Both the position numbers and the translations under genes were made by a program. This document shows, piece after piece, positions 15,049-24,000 of a stretch of 24,000 nt of DNA. Position 1 is the stretch's first letter, and every line of letters begins with the position of its first letter. The DNA is taken from assembly GCF_900093605.1 (NCBI RefSeq), contig NZ_FLYE01000023.1, positions 122,224-146,223 on the forward strand, in the 5' to 3' direction. The DNA comes from Candidatus Terasakiella magnetica (GTDB lineage Bacteria; Pseudomonadota; Alphaproteobacteria; Rhodospirillales; Terasakiellaceae). The notes beneath the pieces were generated by a model, which saw only the letters and a program-made list of their open reading frames with translations, had not been told where the DNA came from and searched no databases.

Positions 15049-17208
15049 TTAGTTGCTGCGAACTTGTTGAAGGAATTGTTGTACAACACCTTTAAGGGAG
15101 TTCGCTTGGGAGTTCAGCCCGCTGGAAGCTTCCAGAACCAAGTTGGCAGCGCTACCCGTTTCTGCTGCAGCCAAGTTCACATTTTCAATGTTCTTGGTTA
15201 CTTCGACAGTACCGTTTGCCGCTTCTTGAACGTTTTTGGAAATCTCAACCGTTGCCGTACCCTGTTCTTCAACAGCGATGGAAATACTGGATGAAATATC
15301 GTTCATATTGTCAATGGTCTGGGCGATGCTGCCAATGGCACCAACCGCATTACTTGTTGCAGACTGCATGGCATCGATCTGTTCGGTGATCTCTGCTGTT
15401 GCACGCGCTGTTTGGTCAGCGAGGTTTTTCACCTCAGAGGCCACAACCGCGAAGCCTTTACCTGCTTCACCTGCGCGCGCCGCCTCAATGGTGGCGTTTA
15501 GGGCAAGGAGGTTGGTCTGTTCTGCAATTGATGTAATCAACTCGACAACTTCACCCACTTTATTGGCTGCTGTTGAGAGGCTTTCAACCGTGCTTGTTGC
15601 CTGTTGGGCTTCATCTACAGCACCTTTGGCAATATCGCGTGATTGTTCAACTTGGCGAGAAATCTCACTAATGGAAGCAGAAAGTTCTTCCGCCGCAGAA
15701 GCAACAGTTTGAACGTTGCCTGTGGCATGTTCAGCCGCGGTTGCTACCACGTTGGATTGCTCAGACGTATCAGCTGCCGTAGAAGACATGCTTTGAGCTG
15801 TGACTTCCATATCTTGGGCTGCTGTGCCAACGGCTTCCACAACACCAGAGACATTGCTTTCGAAATCGTCCGCCATTTTATTGAGAACAACGCGTTGCTT
15901 TTCTTCAGCCTTGCGCTGGTTTTCAGCTTGTTCGTCACGAAGACGTTCAACTTCTTGGGCGTTTTTGCGGAAGATACGCAGGGCATCTGCCATTTCACCC
16001 ACTTCGTCAGAACGTTTATCCTTAAGGATTTTCACCTGAAGGTTACCTTCAGCCAGAATGTGCATCACTTTTGTCATTGCCGCAATCGGTGTGGCAATGT
16101 TGCGTGCAACCACAAGGCCGATGACGATTACCACAGCAAGGGTCAGGCCCGCACCAACGATGATGAAGGTACGCATTTCATGAACGCTTTCCAGAACCTC
16201 ATCTTGGGACATTTCAGCAACCACGCCAAATGTATGCCCCATGAATTTAAGGGGTGCGTAAGCGGCAAAAACGTCATTGCCTTGATAATCGGTTGTTTCA
16301 ACAATACCGGATTGACCTGTTAGAACTTGTTGAACCGCATCATTATCGATTTTCTGTTTCAGGATGGTTTTGTTTTTCACATGGCGAAGGTCACTGCGCA
16401 GCAGCTTGTCTTTACCAATGATGTAAGTTTCACCCGTTTCGCCAAGACCGCGTGGGTTTTGCATGACTTCATCAATTCGCTTGATCGGCATGCGCACTAC
16501 AAGAGCACCGACAAATTCGTCTTCTTCGTTTTTAACCGGGCTACCCATGAAGCTGGCAGGTTTGTTGTCAGCTGCATAGATGGAGAAATCAGTGAGGGTG
16601 ACATAGTCTTCATCATCACCGTGATCTTTAATATCTTTGAAAACCTTACCGAAAGCTGTTTTGTTCCACTTACCCGTTTCAAGATTGGTGGCAAAATCGG
16701 CCGTCTTATAAACGGAATAGATCACATTACCTTTGGCATCTACAATAAACAGGTCATGATAGTGACGTGATTTTGTAAGGGGGCGAAACCAAGCGTGGTA
16801 ACGCTCGTGCGTGTCGTGATAGGCATCTTCCGTATCACCGCGCCACAATTTATCACGCTCTGTCGCTTTATGCGGGTTACTTGCAACATATTGCTGTTGC
16901 AGGAAGTCGGTCGCATTGCCGTGCTCAGCACCAACATCTTCATAATCAACGGCAAGCTCAACCAAGGCGTCTTTCACCATCTGGTTGCTGGACAGGATAC
17001 CTAAATCTTGCTGAATACCTTCAAGCAGGTTTTTAATTGCGGCCTTACGGCTATCAATCAGGGTTACCATATTGTCTTCTGCCACAACGGTCATGTTGTC
17101 GGCGGATTTGAAATAGGCAAGCATTCCGGTGATCAAAATTGACACAAGAGTTAAGACAACGAGAATTGCCGGAAGTTTTACTGAGATTTTGATATTCGAC
17201 AGAGTCAT
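15049..17208 (-). CDS. Methyl-accepting chemotaxis protein with a periplasmic double-Cache-like sensor
   Basis: The 719-aa protein has an N-terminal TM segment and a Cache-like periplasmic region ([17 protein letters not shown]..., [14 protein letters not shown]). A second TM segment, a HAMP domain and the highly conserved signalling hairpin [35 protein letters not shown] follow. There is no C-terminal NWETF-type pentapeptide. Confidence 0.93.
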   Translation of the reverse strand: MTLSNIKISVKLPAILVVLTLVSILITGMLAYFKSADNMTVVAEDNMVTLIDSRKAAIKNLLEGIQQDLGILSSNQMVKDALVELAVDYEDVGAEHGNATDFLQQQYVASNPHKATERDKLWRGDTEDAYHDTHERYHAWFRPLTKSRHYHDLFIVDAKGNVIYSVYKTADFATNLETGKWNKTAFGKVFKDIKDHGDDEDYVTLTDFSIYAADNKPASFMGSPVKNEEDEFVGALVVRMPIKRIDEVMQNPRGLGETGETYIIGKDKLLRSDLRHVKNKTILKQKIDNDAVQQVLTGQSGIVETTDYQGNDVFAAYAPLKFMGHTFGVVAEMSQDEVLESVHEMRTFIIVGAGLTLAVVIVIGLVVARNIATPIAAMTKVMHILAEGNLQVKILKDKRSDEVGEMADALRIFRKNAQEVERLRDEQAENQRKAEEKQRVVLNKMADDFESNVSGVVEAVGTAAQDMEVTAQSMSSTAADTSEQSNVVATAAEHATGNVQTVASAAEELSASISEISRQVEQSRDIAKGAVDEAQQATSTVESLSTAANKVGEVVELITSIAEQTNLLALNATIEAARAGEAGKGFAVVASEVKNLADQTARATAEITEQIDAMQSATSNAVGAIGSIAQTIDNMNDISSSISIAVEEQGTATVEISKNVQEAANGTVEVTKNIENVNLAAAETGSAANLVLEASSGLNSQANSLKGVVQQFLQQVRSN

Positions 17209-17568
17209 TTAAATATCCGTTCTTATTGGTTTAGCCTCAAACCTGCTGGTACAGCTTTAGTGACATTTTTATTTGGCGGGAAAAATATAAATATCCCCGT
17301 CACGTTTATTGCACATTAGATAGGCGTAATTATAGAAAAAAAACGTGACTTAGCTCAAAGTAAACGTCGTTTTTTCAAATATTTAACCTAACTATCGTAA
17401 TGGTCTTGTACGAAAGTAGTATCATAAAATTGTTAACCGATACTTTAGTGAAAAAAATGAAATGATTCAAGCTGTGCGTTGTTTGTTGAGGCCAACCTGT
17501 GCTAAGAGAATCCCCAGAGATGCAATTCTCATCATTTTCTATATAAACCAAAGATTAAGTGTAGGATC

Positions 17569-18318
17569 ATGGCAGGCCATTCCAAGTTTAAAAACATCAT
17601 GCACCGCAAAGGCGCGCAAGACAAAAAACGCGCTAAAGAATTTGCAAAATTATCCAAAGAAATCATGGTTGCAGCCGGGATGGGAACGCCTGACCCGGAT
17701 ATGAACCCGCGTCTTCGTACCGCCATTGCGGCAGCGAAAGGCGCCTCCATGCCTAAAGACAACATCGAGCGGGCCGTTAAAAAAGGCTCAGGCGAGATGG
17801 ATGGCGATAATTACGTTGAAATGCGCTATGAGGGCTATGGCCCCGGTGGCGTTGCCGTTATCGTTGAATGTCTGACCGATAATAAAAACCGTTCTGCCTC
17901 TGATGTGCGCTCCACATTTACAAAACGTGGCGGCAACCTTGGTGAAACTGGTTCTGTTGCGTTCTCTTTTGCACGTCGTGGCTTAATTACATATGCTGCT
18001 GATGTAACAGATGCAGACACCATGTTTGAAGCTGGCCTTGAAGCAGGGGCGACAGAAGTCGAATCTAGTGATGACATTCACGAAATTTCTTGTGAGCCCG
18101 ATGAGCTGCACGCCGTTCTTGATGAATTGGTGAAACAGTTTGGCGATGCCAAAGGGGCGTCACTGGATTGGAAACCAACCAACACAACAGAACTTGATGC
18201 GGATAAAGCAGAAAGCCTGATGGGGTTGGTTGAGGCACTGGAAGATTTGGACGATGTTCAAGAAGTCTTCACCAATATGGAAGTGTCTGACGACGTCATG
18301 GCAAATCTGGCAGGCTAA
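17569..18318 (+). CDS. yebC: YebC/PmpR family DNA-binding transcriptional regulator
   Basis: [32 protein letters not shown]...[28 protein letters not shown]...[22 protein letters not shown] is the YebC family signature. It lies directly upstream of ruvC, as in many bacteria. Confidence 0.92.
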   Translation: MAGHSKFKNIMHRKGAQDKKRAKEFAKLSKEIMVAAGMGTPDPDMNPRLRTAIAAAKGASMPKDNIERAVKKGSGEMDGDNYVEMRYEGYGPGGVAVIVECLTDNKNRSASDVRSTFTKRGGNLGETGSVAFSFARRGLITYAADVTDADTMFEAGLEAGATEVESSDDIHEISCEPDELHAVLDELVKQFGDAKGASLDWKPTNTTELDADKAESLMGLVEALEDLDDVQEVFTNMEVSDDVMANLAG

Positions 18319-18321
18319 TTC

Positions 18322-18816
18322 ATGCGATTATTGGGGTTGGATCCGGGGTTGCGTATCACCGGATGGGGCATCATCGATATTGATGGTAACCGAATGAGCT
18401 ATATTGCTGATGGTGCGATCAAGACAAATGCCAAACTTCCCCTCGCTGAACGTCTGGTGCAGCTTTATGAAGGGATCGAAGAGGTGATTAAACGCTTCGG
18501 TCCCATTGAAGCAGCCGTTGAAGAAACCTTCGTGAATAAAAACCCCAATTCAACCTTGAAACTGGGCCAAGCCCGCGGTGTGGTGATGTTGACACCCGCA
18601 CGTGCGGGCCTAAATGTGTGTGAATATACCCCCAACCAAGTAAAGAAAACCGTGGTGGGGGCAGGCCATGCGCAAAAAGAACAGGTCCAGATGATGGTGA
18701 AAACACTTTTACCTGCGGCAAAAATTGAAAATGCCGATGCAGCAGATGCACTGGCGGTGGCCATATGCCATGCCCAGCATCGCAACACACCGGATAAATG
18801 GGGAGCCTTGAAATGA
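18322..18816 (+). CDS. ruvC: Holliday junction resolvase RuvC
   Basis: MRLLGLDPGLRITGWGII...EAAVEETFVNKNPNSTLKLGQARGV...EYTPNQVKKTVVGAGHAQKEQV...DAADALAVAICHA is the RuvC motif set. Confidence 0.93.
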   Translation: MRLLGLDPGLRITGWGIIDIDGNRMSYIADGAIKTNAKLPLAERLVQLYEGIEEVIKRFGPIEAAVEETFVNKNPNSTLKLGQARGVVMLTPARAGLNVCEYTPNQVKKTVVGAGHAQKEQVQMMVKTLLPAAKIENADAADALAVAICHAQHRNTPDKWGALK

Positions 18817-19439
18817 TTGCGAAATTAAAAGGCCTTGTGGATAGTCTGGGTGAAGATTGGGTTGTTCTGGATGTGAATGGGGTGGGCTATCTTGTGTTTG
18901 CCTCCTCTAAAACATTGGCAAAATTAGCCAAGGTGGGGGAAGCCTGCTCGCTTTTGATCGAAACCCATGTGCGCGAAGACCATATCCATCTTTATGGTTT
19001 TGCCGATGCGGCTGAGCGTGACTGGTTTAAACTGCTCACAACTGTACAAGGGGTCGGGGCCAAGGTTGGTCTGGCACTTTTATCGGCCTTATCTGCTGAA
19101 GATATCGTTCATGCCATTGCCGCGCAGGATAAAAAAGCCCTGACACAGGCCAACGGGGTCGGGCCAAAAGTGGCAACGCGTATTTTAACTGAATTAAAAG
19201 ACAAAGCCGGTGCCATTGCCTTAAGCCCAACATCCTCAGCAGGTGCCGATAGCTCTTCACAAGGAGGGACGCCAAGCTTTGGTGGGGCACCAGTGGAAGC
19301 AGCCTCTGCTTTGGTTAATTTGGGCTATGGTCGCTCAGAAGCCTTGGCTGCGGTGTCTAAGGCCAATAAAAAGCTTGGCGGGGAAGGGCAGTTACAAGAC
19401 CTGATCCGTGAAGCCTTGGCGGAGTTATCTTTATTATGA
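18813..19439 (+). CDS. ruvA: Holliday junction branch migration complex subunit RuvA
   Basis: MIAKLKGLVDSLGEDWVVLDVNGVGYLVF...ETHVREDHIHLYGF...ERDWFKLLTTVQGVGAKVGLALLS...LTQANGVGPKVATRI matches RuvA. The start forms an ATGA overlap with the ruvC stop (18813-18816). Confidence 0.92.
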   Translation: MIAKLKGLVDSLGEDWVVLDVNGVGYLVFASSKTLAKLAKVGEACSLLIETHVREDHIHLYGFADAAERDWFKLLTTVQGVGAKVGLALLSALSAEDIVHAIAAQDKKALTQANGVGPKVATRILTELKDKAGAIALSPTSSAGADSSSQGGTPSFGGAPVEAASALVNLGYGRSEALAAVSKANKKLGGEGQLQDLIREALAELSLL

Positions 19440-19454
19440 TGATGGACATATATC

Positions 19455-20507
19455 ATGTATGATGAGGAAGAACGCGTCGTCTCTTCTGAGCGCAGTATGG
19501 AAGATAGTCCTGAAAGTTCTTTGCGCCCTTTGGCCTTGGAAGAATTTATCGGTCAAAAACAGGTGCGCGAAAATCTAAGGATTTTTGTTGAAGCGACAAA
19601 AGTACGTGGCGATGCCATGGACCATGTGTTGTTTTATGGCCCCCCGGGCTTGGGTAAAACCACCTTGGCGCAGATTGTCGCGCGTGAGCTTGGTGTTGGC
19701 TTTCGCGCAACCTCGGGCCCTGTAATTGCAAAAGCGGGTGATTTAGCTGCGCTGTTGACCAATCTTCAGGCGCATGATGTGTTGTTTATTGATGAAATTC
19801 ACCGCTTAAACCCTGCGATTGAAGAAGTGCTCTATCCCGCTATGGAAGATTTCCAGCTGGATTTGATCATTGGGGAGGGGCCAGCTGCGCGTTCTGTGCG
19901 TATTGATTTGCCGCCTTTTACCCTTGTGGGGGCAACCACGCGCTCAGGCTTAATCACAACGCCACTTCGTGATCGCTTTGGTATTCCGCTGCGCATGAAT
20001 TTTTATGAAGTTGATGAATTAGAAGAGATCGTTACGCGCGGTGCGCGCATCATGGATATGGAAATGACGTCTGATGGTGCCCATGAAATTGCCAAACGCG
20101 CACGTGGAACGCCACGTGTCGCCGGGCGCTTGCTGCGCCGGGTACGTGACTTTGCCATGGTTGCAGGGGTAAGTCCGGTGGATGCAGCCTGCGCCGATGG
20201 GGCTTTAAACCGTTTAGAAGTGGATCATCGCGGTCTTGATGAAATGGACCGACGTTATCTTAAATGTATTTGTGATAATTACGGCGGTGGTCCTGTGGGG
20301 GTTGAAACCATGGCAGCAGCCCTTTCAGAACAACGCGATACCATTGAAGAAGTGATCGAACCTTATTTGATCCAGCAAGGGCTTTTAATGCGCACACCAC
20401 GCGGGCGCATGCTCTCAGAAATGGCCTATCGTCATTTGGGCCTTGAAGCCCCAAAGGGACGCGAGGCTGCCCAAATGGATTTACTTAAAAGGACTGACAA
20501 GGAATGA
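19455..20507 (+). CDS. ruvB: Holliday junction branch migration DNA helicase RuvB
   Basis: [19 protein letters not shown]...[20 protein letters not shown] (Walker A), [11 protein letters not shown] (Walker B), [20 protein letters not shown] and [17 protein letters not shown] are RuvB signatures. Confidence 0.95.
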   Translation: MYDEEERVVSSERSMEDSPESSLRPLALEEFIGQKQVRENLRIFVEATKVRGDAMDHVLFYGPPGLGKTTLAQIVARELGVGFRATSGPVIAKAGDLAALLTNLQAHDVLFIDEIHRLNPAIEEVLYPAMEDFQLDLIIGEGPAARSVRIDLPPFTLVGATTRSGLITTPLRDRFGIPLRMNFYEVDELEEIVTRGARIMDMEMTSDGAHEIAKRARGTPRVAGRLLRRVRDFAMVAGVSPVDAACADGALNRLEVDHRGLDEMDRRYLKCICDNYGGGPVGVETMAAALSEQRDTIEEVIEPYLIQQGLLMRTPRGRMLSEMAYRHLGLEAPKGREAAQMDLLKRTDKE

Positions 20508-20944
20508 CACAAGGCCGCCTAGAGGGTTCAACATTCATTTTCCCCATCCGTATTTATTATGAAGATACGGATGCGGGCGAGATTGTGTATTACGCCAATT
20601 ATTTTAAGTTTGCAGAGCGTGCGCGCACGGAATTTTTGCGCCATTTTGGCATTAAACAGTCAGAATTATTGGAAAATGATCGCATTGCCTTTGCGGTGCG
20701 CAAAGCCGAAGCAGATTATCGCAAACCCGCCAGATTAGACGATTTACTTGAAGTCCATACAGAGTTGGTCAAGCTGGGCGGAGCCTCGCTTGAGATGGAA
20801 CAACAACTTAAACGTGGTGAAGAGACTTTAGTTTCTGTAAAAGTTCGGGTAGCTTGTATTCACCTTGAAGGGCGTCCTATGCCCATTCCGCAAAATATAC
20901 GGAAAATTTTCAAAGAGATGTTAGGGGAAAACCATGGAAGCTAA
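20504..20944 (+). CDS. ybgC: Tol-Pal-associated acyl-CoA thioesterase YbgC (4HBT hotdog fold)
   Basis: [39 protein letters not shown] is the YbgC/4HBT N-terminal catalytic-Asp motif. The gene sits immediately upstream of tolQ and its start forms an ATGA overlap with the ruvB stop. Confidence 0.88.
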   Translation: MTQGRLEGSTFIFPIRIYYEDTDAGEIVYYANYFKFAERARTEFLRHFGIKQSELLENDRIAFAVRKAEADYRKPARLDDLLEVHTELVKLGGASLEMEQQLKRGEETLVSVKVRVACIHLEGRPMPIPQNIRKIFKEMLGENHGS

Positions 20945-21665
20945 CGTGGTCGAAGCCGCGGTATTGGCAGGGTCTGTCACAGCGCCGGATTTAAGTATGC
21001 TTGGTCTATTTATGCGTGCAGATATTGTGGTTCAGGCTGTGATGGTCGGGCTGTTGCTGGCCTCTATCTGGTGTTGGGCGATTATTTTTGACAAGGTTGT
21101 GCGCCTGCGCAAGCTCAATAAACTCGCCGATGGCTTTGAAGATAAATTCTGGTCGGGCCAGTCCCTTGATCAGCTTTATGATGCGCAAGGCAACCAGCCC
21201 AAAGACCCGATGACAGCTGTTTTTGTAACCGCCATGCGCGAAGTACGTCGCACGCAGGCCAAAAACAAAAATAGTGGTGATGAAATGCGCACGCGCTTGC
21301 AAGACCGTGTGGATCGCGTCATGCAAATTACGGTTGGTCGTGAAATGGAACGTGTTGAAAAAAGCATGACATTTCTGGCTTCAACAGGTTCCACGGCCCC
21401 CTTTATTGGCCTGTTTGGAACGGTATGGGGCATTATGAATGCCTTTACCGCCATTGCCCAAACCAAAAATACCACGCTCGCGGTTGTGGCCCCTGGTATT
21501 GCAGAAGCTTTGTTTGCAACGGCCCTTGGCCTGGTTGCGGCGATCCCGGCTGTAGTTGCTTATAACAAACTCAGTCGTGATCTGGATCGTTATGCTGGTC
21601 GCCTTGATAGTTTTTCTGGCGAATTTGGTGCAATCCTGTCTCGTCAACTGGATGAAAAGAAGTAA
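20934..21665 (+). CDS. tolQ: Tol-Pal system protein TolQ
   Basis: This is the MotA/TolQ/ExbB channel family (FLASTGSTAPFIGLFGTVWGIMNAF...APGIAEALFATALGLVAAIPAVVAYN) in the ybgC-tolQRAB context. Confidence 0.93.
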   Translation: MEANVVEAAVLAGSVTAPDLSMLGLFMRADIVVQAVMVGLLLASIWCWAIIFDKVVRLRKLNKLADGFEDKFWSGQSLDQLYDAQGNQPKDPMTAVFVTAMREVRRTQAKNKNSGDEMRTRLQDRVDRVMQITVGREMERVEKSMTFLASTGSTAPFIGLFGTVWGIMNAFTAIAQTKNTTLAVVAPGIAEALFATALGLVAAIPAVVAYNKLSRDLDRYAGRLDSFSGEFGAILSRQLDEKK

Positions 21666-21670
21666 GGACC

Positions 21671-22126
21671 ATGGGGGCTTCTTTAAATCAAAGACGCAAT
21701 AAAGGCCATTATGGGCGCAGACGGTCTTCAGCACAAATGTCTGAAATCAACGTCACGCCCATGGTTGATGTCATGCTGGTGTTGCTGGTGATCTTTATGG
21801 TGACCGCACCTTTGCTTACTGTTGGAGTAGAAGTTGATCTGCCCAAAACAAAAGCAGGTGAAATTCAGGGCCAAGATGAGCCTTTGGCGGTCAGCATTGA
21901 TAAAGATGGCAATTATTTCGTTCAGGACACACAGGTTGAACTGACAGGTCTTGCGCCGTTATTGCTTGAAATCAGCAAGAACAATCAAGATGTGCGTATT
22001 TTCGTGCGTGGTGATGAGAATATCGATTATGGCACGGTGATGCGGGTCATGGGTGTTCTCAATCAGGCTGGCTTTACCAAGGTTGCGCTGATTGCGCGCA
22101 ATCCTGATACTAGTAAAAAGAAATAA
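21671..22126 (+). CDS. tolR: Tol-Pal system protein TolR
   Basis: This is the ExbD/TolR family ([27 protein letters not shown]...VDLP...[34 protein letters not shown]). Confidence 0.92.
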   Translation: MGASLNQRRNKGHYGRRRSSAQMSEINVTPMVDVMLVLLVIFMVTAPLLTVGVEVDLPKTKAGEIQGQDEPLAVSIDKDGNYFVQDTQVELTGLAPLLLEISKNNQDVRIFVRGDENIDYGTVMRVMGVLNQAGFTKVALIARNPDTSKKK

Positions 22127-22135
22127 TAATATCTG

Positions 22136-23005
22136 ATGCGCAGCAGTCTTTTCATATCGTTTCTGTTTCACGTTTTTGTGATTCTGGTGGCTTACTTCGG
22201 TATTCCGTTGTTGCCCGATAATGAATTGATTGTGGAGCCACCTATTGTGGTGGAAGTCGTCAATATTGATGATATCTCAAATGTGCCAGCCCCAACGCCT
22301 AAGGCAAAAAAGCCGGACGTGAAAAAGCCTGAGCCGAAAAAAGCAAAGCCCAAGCCACCACCGCCAGCCCCTGCCAAGCCCGAGCCGGAACCAGAGGCCG
22401 AAGCTGAGATCATTCCGGATAAAAAGTCCAAGCCAAAGCCAAAGAAAAAAGAGCCTAAGAAAGAGGTTTCTAAGCCTAAGCCACGGGTAAAAACGGTGAA
22501 GCTGGCCAGAAAGCCCAAGCCCCCGAAAAAGAACGATTTTGATTCTTTGATGAAAAACCTCGCCCCAACGTTGAAAGAAACGCCCAAGGTTGTGGAAAAG
22601 AAAGAACAAGAGCAGTTCAAACTGGATGATTTGGCAAAAGAAATTCAAGAAGCCATTAAAAAGCCAAGTAAGTTTAGTGATCCTAATAAAAAGGTGAGCA
22701 TGTCGGAAATTGATGCGCTTCGCCAACATATTGCCCAATGCTGGAACCCGCCCATTGGGGCGCGTGAGGCTGAAAACCTCAAGATTGAGATCGAAGTGAC
22801 CATGAACCCGGATGCCACACCACGTGCGGCCTCTATTGGCTCGCGCAGTAACTTATCTGACCCGTTTTATCGCGCAGCTGCTGAAAGCGCGCTTCGGGCG
22901 GTAAACAACCGCCGCTGCTGGCCTTATCCGCTTTCTCCAGAAACATATGGTCAATGGCGCGACTTGACACTGGTCTTTGACCCGCGCGAGTTGCTTGGGC
23001 TTTAA
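22136..23005 (+). CDS. tolA: Cell envelope integrity protein TolA
   Basis: It has an N-terminal TM anchor (LFISFLFHVFVILVAYFGIPLL), a long Lys/Pro/Glu-rich linker (KPKPPPPAPAKPEPEPEAE...KPKPKKKEPKK) and a TonB_C/TolA-like C-terminal domain (QCWNPP...IEIEVTMNPDATP...AAESALRAV). It lies between tolR and tolB. Confidence 0.85.
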   Translation: MRSSLFISFLFHVFVILVAYFGIPLLPDNELIVEPPIVVEVVNIDDISNVPAPTPKAKKPDVKKPEPKKAKPKPPPPAPAKPEPEPEAEAEIIPDKKSKPKPKKKEPKKEVSKPKPRVKTVKLARKPKPPKKNDFDSLMKNLAPTLKETPKVVEKKEQEQFKLDDLAKEIQEAIKKPSKFSDPNKKVSMSEIDALRQHIAQCWNPPIGAREAENLKIEIEVTMNPDATPRAASIGSRSNLSDPFYRAAAESALRAVNNRRCWPYPLSPETYGQWRDLTLVFDPRELLGL

Positions 23006-23132
23006 GTCATGTGTCACACTGGCGCAGGCTGGTGTCTAGTCTTTGTGATATCTGGATGACGAGACATTGGGGCTTGGCATCTGAAACAATCCTGCGTATC
23101 TTCCATGAAACATGTTTTATAGGATTTTCGTA

Positions 23133-24000
23133 ATGAAGTTTGCTGTGCGTTTTCTCGCCGTTTTTGCCGTTATTTTGTCAGCCTTTCCGGCCTTGGCAGA
23201 ACTACGGGTCGATATTACACAGGGCCGTGTTGAGCCTATGCCGTTGGCGGTGGTGGAATTTACCGGGGATAACCCAGAGGCCGCACAGATCGGTCAGCAG
23301 ATTGCCCGTGTGATTTCAGCAGACTTGGAACGTTCCGGCCTGTTTCGTCCCATTGATGAAAATGCGTTTATTCAAAAAGAACTAACCATGACGACCCTGC
23401 CGCGTTTTGGGGATTGGCGTATTTTAAATGCCCAAGCCTTGGTACAGGGCCATGCGGTTCCTCAAGCCAATGGGGAGCTGGCGATCCAGTTCCGCCTATG
23501 GGATGTGTTTGCGGAAAAGCAGATGGTCGGGCTTGCCTATAATACGGTTGCAGATAACTGGCGTCGTGTGGCCCATATTATTGCAGATACCATTTATCAA
23601 CGCATTACGGGGGAAAGCGGCTATTTTGATACCCGCGTGGTTTATGTGGCTGAAAGCGGCCCTGCAAACCGCCGTGTAAAACGCCTCGCGATAATGGATC
23701 AGGATGGGGCGAACCACCGCTTTCTGACCGATGGTGCCGATATGGTGCTGACACCACGTTTTTCTCCGACCTTGCAAGAAATTACCTATCTTTCCTATTA
23801 TAAGAACACCCCGCGGGTCTATCTGTTTAATATCGATTCAGGCAGACAAGCCCTGTTAGGGGATTTTCCGGGCATGACCTTTGCCCCGCGTTTTTCTTTT
23901 GATGGCACCAAGGTCATTATGTCCATGGCCAAAGATGGCAACTCCGATATTTACACCATGGATATTGCCACCAGACAAGCACGCCGTTTGACCCGTCATT
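23133..24000 (+). CDS. tolB: Tol-Pal system beta-propeller protein TolB (5' part; continues past the window end)
   Basis: This ORF is not in the ORF track because it has no stop within the window. From the ATG at 23133 I translate MKFAVRFLAVFAVILSAFPALAELRVDITQGRVEPMPLAVVEF...IARVISADLERSGLFRPID...FDTRVVYVAESGP...KRLAIMDQDGANHRFLTDG...LTPRFSP...ITYLSY...PRVYLFNIDSG. This gives a signal peptide plus TolB N-terminal and propeller motifs. Confidence 0.9.
   Translation, partial: MKFAVRFLAVFAVILSAFPALAELRVDITQGRVEPMPLAVVEFTGDNPEAAQIGQQIARVISADLERSGLFRPIDENAFIQKELTMTTLPRFGDWRILNAQALVQGHAVPQANGELAIQFRLWDVFAEKQMVGLAYNTVADNWRRVAHIIADTIYQRITGESGYFDTRVVYVAESGPANRRVKRLAIMDQDGANHRFLTDGADMVLTPRFSPTLQEITYLSYYKNTPRVYLFNIDSGRQALLGDFPGMTFAPRFSFDGTKVIMSMAKDGNSDIYTMDIATRQARRLTRH

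Noticed and set aside
15236-16770. Several long plus-strand ORFs (158, 226, 79 and 147 aa) inside the MCP gene.
   Set aside because: They are antisense to an unambiguous 719-aa chemoreceptor. Their translations are Ser/Ala/Cys-rich nonsense with no family resemblance. Such ORFs are typical of Ala/Glu-rich coiled-coil coding DNA.
17421-17450. Sigma28 (TAAA-N15-GCCGATAA) or CtrA-box (TTAA-N7-TTAA) resemblance around TTGTTAACCGATACTTTAG.
   Set aside because: CCGATA is present, but no TAAA lies at the required 15-nt spacing. The second CtrA half-site is TTTA. The orientation would drive yebC rather than the chemoreceptor, so the support is insufficient.
17462-17704. An 80-aa plus-strand ORF spanning the yebC start, and a 77-aa minus-strand ORF at 17532-17765.
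   Set aside because: Both overlap the highly conserved YebC N-terminus in other frames. They have no SD and resemble no family.
22192-22738. Minus-strand ORFs of 142 and 153 aa within tolA.
   Set aside because: They are antisense to the Lys/Pro/Glu low-complexity linker of TolA. The GGL/FFF-rich translations reflect codon complementarity, not genes.
23016-23035. A hairpin ACACTGGC-gcag-GCTGGTGT just after the tolA stop, considered as a terminator or attenuator before tolB.
   Set aside because: The stem depends on two G-U pairs and no T-tract follows. tolB is normally co-transcribed with tolA. It is at best a weak mRNA-stability element.
1-24000. A search for CRISPR repeats, IS or transposase ends, integrases, tRNA genes, phage or defence-island signatures, and long direct repeats.
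   Set aside because: I found none by eye. Every sizeable ORF is accounted for by a housekeeping or common accessory family. The intergenic regions are short apart from the two AT-rich promoter regions and the 6S locus.

Overview
This window looks like a conserved core-chromosome segment of an alphaproteobacterium. The evidence is the protein sequences, the DUF2336 and DUF4164(ZauP)-zapA genes, and the yebC-ruvCAB-ybgC-tolQRAB cluster. The species cannot be determined from the sequence alone. I support 28 protein-coding genes, one ncRNA and several regulatory or terminator elements. In order: cyaY(-), rpmE, a DUF2336 HEAT-like repeat protein, an IbpA-type hsp20 behind a ROSE-like leader, guaC, a His-tailed MFS permease(-), an orphan small membrane protein, psuG(-), an FGE-sulfatase-domain lipoprotein, long-form hisG, a GAF-GGDEF protein, efp(-), thiE(-), gap(-), ZauP-like/zapA, a 6S RNA candidate, 5-formyl-THF cyclo-ligase, a YmdB-family phosphoesterase, a dCache MCP(-), yebC, ruvC, ruvA, ruvB, ybgC, tolQ, tolR, tolA and the 5' part of tolB. 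I found no mobile elements, integrases, CRISPR arrays, tRNAs/rRNAs, toxin-antitoxin pairs or recognisable defence genes. I also saw no obvious compositional island; the only AT-rich stretches are two divergent promoter regions. I therefore do not see a convincing undescribed multi-gene system here. The most interesting items are single-gene or RNA-level oddities: the 21-histidine tail on the MFS permease, a degenerate GGDEF (GSELF) that keeps its RxxD I-site, a ROSE-like thermometer, the 6S RNA locus, a structured rpmE leader, and several function-unknown genes (DUF2336, a 3-TM orphan, an FGE-domain lipoprotein). All family calls come from my own reading of the translations and remembered family motifs. 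No database search was run.
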